DNA from: Bacteroidales bacterium
GTDB taxonomy: Bacteria; Bacteroidota; Bacteroidia; Bacteroidales; UBA7960
Assembly: GCA_003559855.1 (NCBI GenBank)
Contig: PWJZ01000124.1
Coordinates: forward strand, 40,580-104,579
Length of the DNA stretch: 64,000 bases
Reading direction: 5' to 3'
The first letter of the stretch is position 1. The number at the start of each line of letters is the position of its first letter. Below the pieces are notes generated by a model that saw nothing but the letters and a program-made list of their open reading frames with translations, was not told the origin of the DNA and did not search any database. Of the stretch, positions 58,868 through 64,000 are shown one piece after another. A program made the position numbers and the translations under genes.

Positions 58868-60193
58868 TTATTGATTTTGTTTTTTGAACGCATCAATCAA
58901 AGACCTTACATTGATCTTGTTGATATTGGTTACGCTTAACAACAAAAACCATAAAAAGGGCAACATTATGATCTTATATCTTACTATAGCACCGGCTACC
59001 GGTGTTGCTAAACCTATAAAAGAAAATCCTGCAATGAAAAACCAAAACGACATATAGGTTGCTGGAGTTTGTTTTGAAATATTTGAAGGTATAACAACGG
59101 CTGTTAAAATTAGAATAAGGATAAACAGATTTTCAAGACCGGAAAAAAGTTTCAGTAATGTGTCAGCCTCGAATATGTGGGGGCGCAACAATGTCGTTAA
59201 AAAACCACCGGGTATGTTGCGAATGATATCCCAAAATTCAGGCTTAAGAAAATTGTCGTGAAGCAAACTCCCTGCATTTAAATGAAGCGAAAGCCTGATT
59301 AAATCATTCTGTTTGCGGGCAATTAATTTTACCGGGCTGAACTCGGGCAAATAAATATGTAACATGGCTGCTGCCATAATTAATCCGGCAAACACGGAAA
59401 AATATACCAGGTTAGTCTTCAGAAAGTTCATATTCCTGGAAATGTAAAAACCCGCTAAACAAGGCAGAAACAGTACAAGGATATAAGTTTTCAGAAATAT
59501 CATAACACCCGTGCAAGCAACAATAATCAGTATTTTCAGCCATAAGTTTCTTTTGTTCTGAAACAGTGTGTCGATACTGTAAACTGCCATACCCAAACAT
59601 CCGATCAAAATAGTTTCCTTAAGTATTCCTGATCCCCAAAACAGTAATGATGGGAAAAGAAAAATACCCCATTTCAGCCATACTGTTTTGTTTTTCGGGA
59701 GATAATTAAGAAAAAATTTATAAAGCGCAACCAGGCCGGTAAAAGAGACAAAATTTGCGAAAACCGTATGTACATGCAAATGACCAAAAGAGAAAAGACA
59801 AACCAGCGCATTAAAACGTATTACTATACGGTTGTCGTTATATACGGGAGACTCCCATGGCCTGAACCAGTATGACATGTTTGACAAATAGAGGTCAACC
59901 TGTTCTTTGCCAATGCCGATACCTGACAGTATGCGGAAAAAATCGCCGGGACTTTCCCATAAAACAGTGTACAGATATAATCCGTCGTTAAAGTATTTAT
60001 AGACATCTGCCGTTTCAGGATCATAATAATATTTGTATATCAAGCTTAGTGCTATGCCGGAAATAACTTTCAGGGAGAAGAAAATGACCAGCCACTTGTA
60101 GGAAAGACCCCTGATATTGGTGAAAAAACCAACCTTTTTAATAATAAACAGGAAAACCAGAAAGTATAAAAAAGCTAAAAGATATCCGGTCAT
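58868..60193 (-). CDS. polytopic membrane protein, unknown function (possibly glycan-polymerase or glycosyltransferase-like)
   Basis: At least 10 hydrophobic segments over 441 aa. No catalytic motif recognised. Confidence 0.5.
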   Translation of the reverse strand: MTGYLLAFLYFLVFLFIIKKVGFFTNIRGLSYKWLVIFFSLKVISGIALSLIYKYYYDPETADVYKYFNDGLYLYTVLWESPGDFFRILSGIGIGKEQVDLYLSNMSYWFRPWESPVYNDNRIVIRFNALVCLFSFGHLHVHTVFANFVSFTGLVALYKFFLNYLPKNKTVWLKWGIFLFPSLLFWGSGILKETILIGCLGMAVYSIDTLFQNKRNLWLKILIIVACTGVMIFLKTYILVLFLPCLAGFYISRNMNFLKTNLVYFSVFAGLIMAAAMLHIYLPEFSPVKLIARKQNDLIRLSLHLNAGSLLHDNFLKPEFWDIIRNIPGGFLTTLLRPHIFEADTLLKLFSGLENLFILILILTAVVIPSNISKQTPATYMSFWFFIAGFSFIGLATPVAGAIVRYKIIMLPFLWFLLLSVTNINKINVRSLIDAFKKQNQ

Positions 60194-60420
60194 AATATTA
60201 TCGCTGATTTTATAAAGTCAAAAATACAGAATAATGTTTCATTCAAAATTTGAGTCTGCTGTAAAAGTTGTTTTTTGTCAAGTTTAACCAGTCCACCGTT
60301 TGTTCCTATCCATAAGAAACTATTATCTTCAACTATAGCAAGCACAGCATCTCCGTTCGTATAACCAATCCATTCAGGATTCTGTGCTTTACCAATGCAA
60401 ACAATTAACAAAGCAACCAA
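60190..60420 (-). pseudogene. remnant of a secreted beta-propeller-repeat protein gene (no ATG, truncated after ~50 residues of mature protein)
   Basis: (E)KINLFLVALLIVCIGKAQNPEWIGYTNGDAVLAIVEDNSFLWIGTNGGLVKLD looks like a signal peptide plus one propeller-type repeat. The frame runs into dispersed repeat copy A and stops. Upstream in frame is a TAA with no ATG. Confidence 0.45.
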
Positions 60421-60471
60421 GAATAAATTTATTTTTTCTAAAAGCGGTTGTTTCAGGCACGATTATTTGGC

Positions 60472-61617
60472 TTATCTTATTTTTCCGATTTCAATGCTTA
60501 ATAAAGGGAGTGTATATATGCTTGTTAAATCATTTAAGCTGGCACGCATATCTATGCCTATGGCAAATTTGTCAGTTAACGCAAATTTTATACCTGTTTT
60601 TAAATTATAACTTGGTCTTGATACAAACACATTAACAGGATTTTCACGGTAACCTTCATATACTTTAACATTTGACCATATTAAACCTAAGCCAATTTGA
60701 GCATCAAACATTAAAAGCCGTTTACCTAACCTTGATCCTCCATAAATGCTGATCATGTGTAATCTATCTTCTTGCGCCCCGCTCATCACTCTAATTTTCA
60801 TTTCTTGGTAAAGATTATATTCTGCTGATAGTAAAAGTATATTATTTCTGGAGTATAAGGTTTTTCCAAAGGTGAATCCTCTGCGATCTCCCGTAAATCC
60901 ACCGGTATTTGAGCTGATTGAAATATTACGCTCTTTTTGTTTTTTCCTGTTCAAAAATCCTCTTTCAATTTTTTGGTCAATTGTTATACCAAAAACTCTG
61001 TTGTTAATTTTTGATTCATTATCAGGGTCGGTTGAAATATTTGCCAAACCTAAGCTGTAGAATAAACCAATATTTGCCGAATTGATTTCTATACCTGCAC
61101 CTAAATTAAAGCCGTAATCAAATCTTTTAAGAGATGCATCTTCTCCTGAACCCCAAATAATATCTTTTACAAAGTAAGCTTCGCCCCCTCTGCTTCTCAC
61201 ATATTCAGTTTTTCCACTTATGCCTGCACCTATATAAGGCCCAAAAGTGCCATAAATTTTTTTGTCATCAAAGTTGTATGATGCTTTTGCAAATAACGGA
61301 ATGTCCAAGTAAAACAGATCTGTGTCCTCATAATATTCAATATAATAGTCCGATCCTGTCATTCTTATGGAATATCCTTTATTTATTAAAAATAATCCTG
61401 TTTCGAATGAAAATGTTTTATTTATTGGAATGTTGATGGCTGCACCTATATTAAAACCATGTCTCATTTTGAGAACATCAGTATTAATATTGTCAATATT
61501 TTCTGTTGCAATATTTGATAAATTATGCCCGGCTTTTATGCTAAATGTCTGAGCAAAAGATGCTAAAGGCATTAAAACATAAAAAATAGCTGCTAATATT
61601 TTTACCGGCATTTTCAT
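60472..61617 (-). CDS. outer-membrane beta-barrel (porin-family) protein
   Basis: Signal peptide MKMPVKILAAIFYVLMPLASFAQ from the ATG at 61617. FSIKAGHNLSNI...GFNIGAAINIP... strand pattern is typical of OMP_b-brl-type proteins. Confidence 0.7.
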   Translation of the reverse strand: MKMPVKILAAIFYVLMPLASFAQTFSIKAGHNLSNIATENIDNINTDVLKMRHGFNIGAAINIPINKTFSFETGLFLINKGYSIRMTGSDYYIEYYEDTDLFYLDIPLFAKASYNFDDKKIYGTFGPYIGAGISGKTEYVRSRGGEAYFVKDIIWGSGEDASLKRFDYGFNLGAGIEINSANIGLFYSLGLANISTDPDNESKINNRVFGITIDQKIERGFLNRKKQKERNISISSNTGGFTGDRRGFTFGKTLYSRNNILLLSAEYNLYQEMKIRVMSGAQEDRLHMISIYGGSRLGKRLLMFDAQIGLGLIWSNVKVYEGYRENPVNVFVSRPSYNLKTGIKFALTDKFAIGIDMRASLNDLTSIYTLPLLSIEIGKIR

Positions 61618-61743
61618 AACTGTTGTCTGTTGATAATTTTTATATTTCCATTGTTTAACAGGCAAAACTTAAATGCTTTTTAAATAGTCGAAAAAACATA
61701 TTTGCTTAATTGCATATTTCTTTGATAGTTTTATTAGTATTAT

Positions 61744-62403
61744 TTATTCTGGTATATTTATTCTGTGTCTGATATGATCAGCAGAAATATAATACTTTAT
61801 TGTCTTTGTTGTTGAGGTTCCATTTTCAATATAGGTAAACTTAATAGTATGTTCTTTTGAAGGTAGTAACCAAAATTGTTTTGAAATTCTTTTTTCTTTT
61901 GTTACAAAACCTGCTTGATTATATACATTTATAAAAATAGAATCAATCTCATAATTATCGTTTTCCTCCTTAGGATGAATAAATTTTGTTTCAACTCTCG
62001 GTCGCAGCTTTATGTTTTCATGAATTCCTTTTTTAATCCATAGACTATCCGCAGACGATCCTTTATATATATATCTCCATGTGATTTCGGTACTGTCAAA
62101 GGTTTCAGGACGAATAATATTTGCATAAAACTTATATTTTACATCAAGTCCTAAACCTTTAATAAAAAACGAACCATCACTGTCAGTTACAGTATAATAT
62201 TTCATGTTTTCAACATGTTCCTCTGAATATAGAACTCCATAACCTCTGCCGCCAATATCAAATACTATTGGTACACCCTCCAATGGTTCGCCGGTATATC
62301 TGTCTTTTAAGGTGCCTGATATGCGATCATTACTTATTTTCTCACAACCAGCTACTATAAATACGAAAAGTAAAAAATATGTCAATTTATTATTCATGTG
62401 CAT
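61744..62403 (-). CDS. lipoprotein with CarboxypepD_reg-like N-terminal domain
   Basis: Lipobox FIVAGC. ISGTLKDRYTGEPLEGVPIVF...DSDGSFFIKGL. Confidence 0.55.
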   Translation of the reverse strand: MHMNNKLTYFLLFVFIVAGCEKISNDRISGTLKDRYTGEPLEGVPIVFDIGGRGYGVLYSEEHVENMKYYTVTDSDGSFFIKGLGLDVKYKFYANIIRPETFDSTEITWRYIYKGSSADSLWIKKGIHENIKLRPRVETKFIHPKEENDNYEIDSIFINVYNQAGFVTKEKRISKQFWLLPSKEHTIKFTYIENGTSTTKTIKYYISADHIRHRINIPE

Positions 62404-62420
62404 AAAATGTATTTAAAGTA

Positions 62421-62653
62421 TGAGTCTACTGTAAAAAGTTGTTTTTTGCCACCAAATCACTAAAACACAAAATCCCACCAAAACGTATATCTTTGATTAA
62501 CAGCGTTTGGTTCACCCTGTTAAATTGCGTAGCATTATATTTAACAAGATGTAATTTGGTCTCCCTGCCCTGTGGAATTCCCGCAGCGACTATTCCACAG
62601 GGTAAATGTTTTGATGGCAATTTTAACATTTTTGATTTTTTACAGCAGATTCA
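62421..62653. mobile_element. 233-nt MITE-like element bounded by 17-nt terminal inverted repeats, with an internal 11-bp hairpin
   Basis: Left end TGAGTCTACTGTAAAAA (62421-62437) versus rc of the right end TGAATCTGCTGTAAAAA (62637-62653), 15/17. Internal hairpin CCCTGTGGAAT (62568-62578) with ATTCCACAGGG (62592-62602). A third copy of the end lies at 60251-60277. Confidence 0.5.
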
Positions 62654-62767
62654 AATTTGATAAATAGTATCGTTATTTTCGTCATATTCGTTTAAATATT
62701 CGGTTAATAGAGTTTTAGTATTTCTTGAATATCCAGCGGCAATAAGTTTACAGCCACCTATTTTTAT

Positions 62768-63568
62768 TTATACCTTTTCTATAATCCATATATCTTGTTG
62801 CGGCTTTTCATTTTTTATATCACCGGGTATATGTTCTAATATTTTGTTATTGCCAATTAATTTTTTAACAAAAAGCGGAGGTTGAAATGCTCCAAAAGTA
62901 CGATGTCCTTCTTCAGTATTTGATTTTACTACTAATTTACCCATATTAAAATCACTTTGTTCAGTTTTTGTCAGTTTTACTTTAAAAGCATTGCCATGCG
63001 TTGTGAAAAACAATATCCCTTTTGGTTTGATAATCCTCATTAATTCATCAAACCATGCAAAATGCATTTCTTTTGATAAATGTGTAAATGTTGAAATCCC
63101 ATAAACAATGTCAAAATAATTTTTATCAAACTGCAAGGGCGGTTGAAGTTGATTTACACTAAAAGAAATATCAGGTATATTACTATTACACCATCTGATA
63201 TATTTTTTATTGTAATCTGTTCCGTAAAATTTACATGATTCATCCAAAAATAATGGTAAATGCCTGATAATCCTGCCTGGTCCACAGCCCCAATCCAAGA
63301 TATTTAAGCTTTCCAAAGTTTTATACTTTTTAAAAAATGATACCAGCCATTTTGCTGTTTCAATACTTTTATCATAAAAGCTATAATAATTTAAATTAAA
63401 TGTTTCATAGATAAAATAAGCCGGAGGTAATGATACATCAGGGTTGTCTTTGAAAAATCTTTTTCTAAGCTTGTAAGTTTTTACGAATGCAATAAAAAAC
63501 CGCAGCTTGTCAAAATATTTAATAAGACCGGTTTTTCGCAACAGTGATGATAAATAGTATTTATTCAT
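62768..63568 (-). CDS. class I SAM-dependent methyltransferase
   Basis: Motif I ILDWGCGPGRIIRHL, followed by FDIVYGISTFTHL and a GILFFTT motif. Confidence 0.8.
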   Translation of the reverse strand: MNKYYLSSLLRKTGLIKYFDKLRFFIAFVKTYKLRKRFFKDNPDVSLPPAYFIYETFNLNYYSFYDKSIETAKWLVSFFKKYKTLESLNILDWGCGPGRIIRHLPLFLDESCKFYGTDYNKKYIRWCNSNIPDISFSVNQLQPPLQFDKNYFDIVYGISTFTHLSKEMHFAWFDELMRIIKPKGILFFTTHGNAFKVKLTKTEQSDFNMGKLVVKSNTEEGHRTFGAFQPPLFVKKLIGNNKILEHIPGDIKNEKPQQDIWIIEKV

Positions 63569-63738
63569 TTAATTAACTTAATTGCTAGTTATTTATTTAA
63601 AAATCAATTTTTTAAAATAATAAAATCTTTATAGTTGTTAACGTTTTGTTAATATGCTGTTAGTAAAGGTTTTGCAAAAATATCAAAAATAATTGATTGT
63701 TAACAAAGTACATTCGCTAAAGCATTTGTAAGTTTTAT

Positions 63739-63951
63739 TTATTCTTTCGATGTTTTAATTTTTTCTCTATTTGCGGTATAGTCATAATATTCAAACTCCC
63801 ATTCACCCTTAAGCAAAGTTGCATCTGCTATGCCTTGTTTCAAAAGATTCTCACAAATTGTTGACGTGTCTTTTTCGCAACTAATAGTAGTTGTGGCGAT
63901 TACAAGTATGATTATTATTGTTCTGATTGTATTTGGTATTATTATTTTCAA
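63739..63951 (-). CDS. small lipoprotein, unknown function
   Basis: Hydrophobic signal ending in the TTISC lipobox. 70 aa. Confidence 0.4.
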   Translation of the reverse strand: MKIIIPNTIRTIIIILVIATTTISCEKDTSTICENLLKQGIADATLLKGEWEFEYYDYTANREKIKTSKE

Positions 63952-64000
63952 AAATCATAATTGTTATCAAATTAAAGCCGGATTTGGGAATAAAGTTAAT

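Noticed and set aside
62426-62660. Overlapping 67-aa (minus) and 73-aa (plus) ORFs
   Set aside because: Both lie within the inverted-repeat-bounded 233-nt element and read through its hairpin. The mutual overlap on opposite strands is typical of palindromic non-coding DNA.
1-64000. CRISPR array or other defence-island signatures
   Set aside because: No series of three or more regularly spaced identical repeats of 24-48 nt was found. The repeats present occur as 2-3 copies with irregular spacing. No cas, restriction-modification or other recognisable defence genes were seen apart from the PIN/antitoxin pair.

Overview
Low-GC, AT-rich chromosomal segment that looks Bacteroidota-like: a T9SS-type C-terminal sorting domain, a CarboxypepD_reg plus TonB-dependent receptor, a long LptF/LptG permease, almost no Shine-Dalgarno sequences, and TAnnTTTG-type promoter boxes. 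HemW and a DUF2148 protein hint at an anaerobe. I support about 55 protein genes, one tRNA-Val(GAC), several intrinsic terminators and several repeat families. I see no rRNA, no CRISPR array and no transposase or integrase. Most of the window is housekeeping or envelope: hemW, an NSS transporter, a purC-like gene, ychF, rpmB, dnaK, an acyl-CoA carboxylase operon, fbp, cinA, ffh, queE, ribBA, two glycosyltransferases, lptF/G, a TonB-dependent receptor and an OmpA-family protein. Accessory patches: (a) 24.8-26.7 kb holds a co-oriented triad of a SiaC-like DUF1987 protein, a DnaB-C-terminal-domain-only ATPase and a DUF2148 Cys-cluster protein, behind a 760-nt ORF-free region. This is my best candidate for an undescribed module, but the ATPase carries an in-frame TAA. 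(b) 27.5-31.2 kb holds an ECF sigma factor, a membrane-anchored partner with an outer-membrane beta-barrel domain, and a family-less 606-aa OMP-like protein. (c) 31.3-34.7 kb holds four small lipoprotein genes (one with an in-frame TGA) and a PIN/antitoxin pair next to tRNA-Val. (d) 60.2-62.7 kb holds a gene remnant, a dispersed roughly 30-nt repeat and a 233-nt inverted-repeat-bounded MITE-like element. REP-like hairpin repeats cluster in several intergenic regions, notably 3.1-3.65 kb. All functional calls come from motif recognition by eye on the supplied translations; no database search was run.
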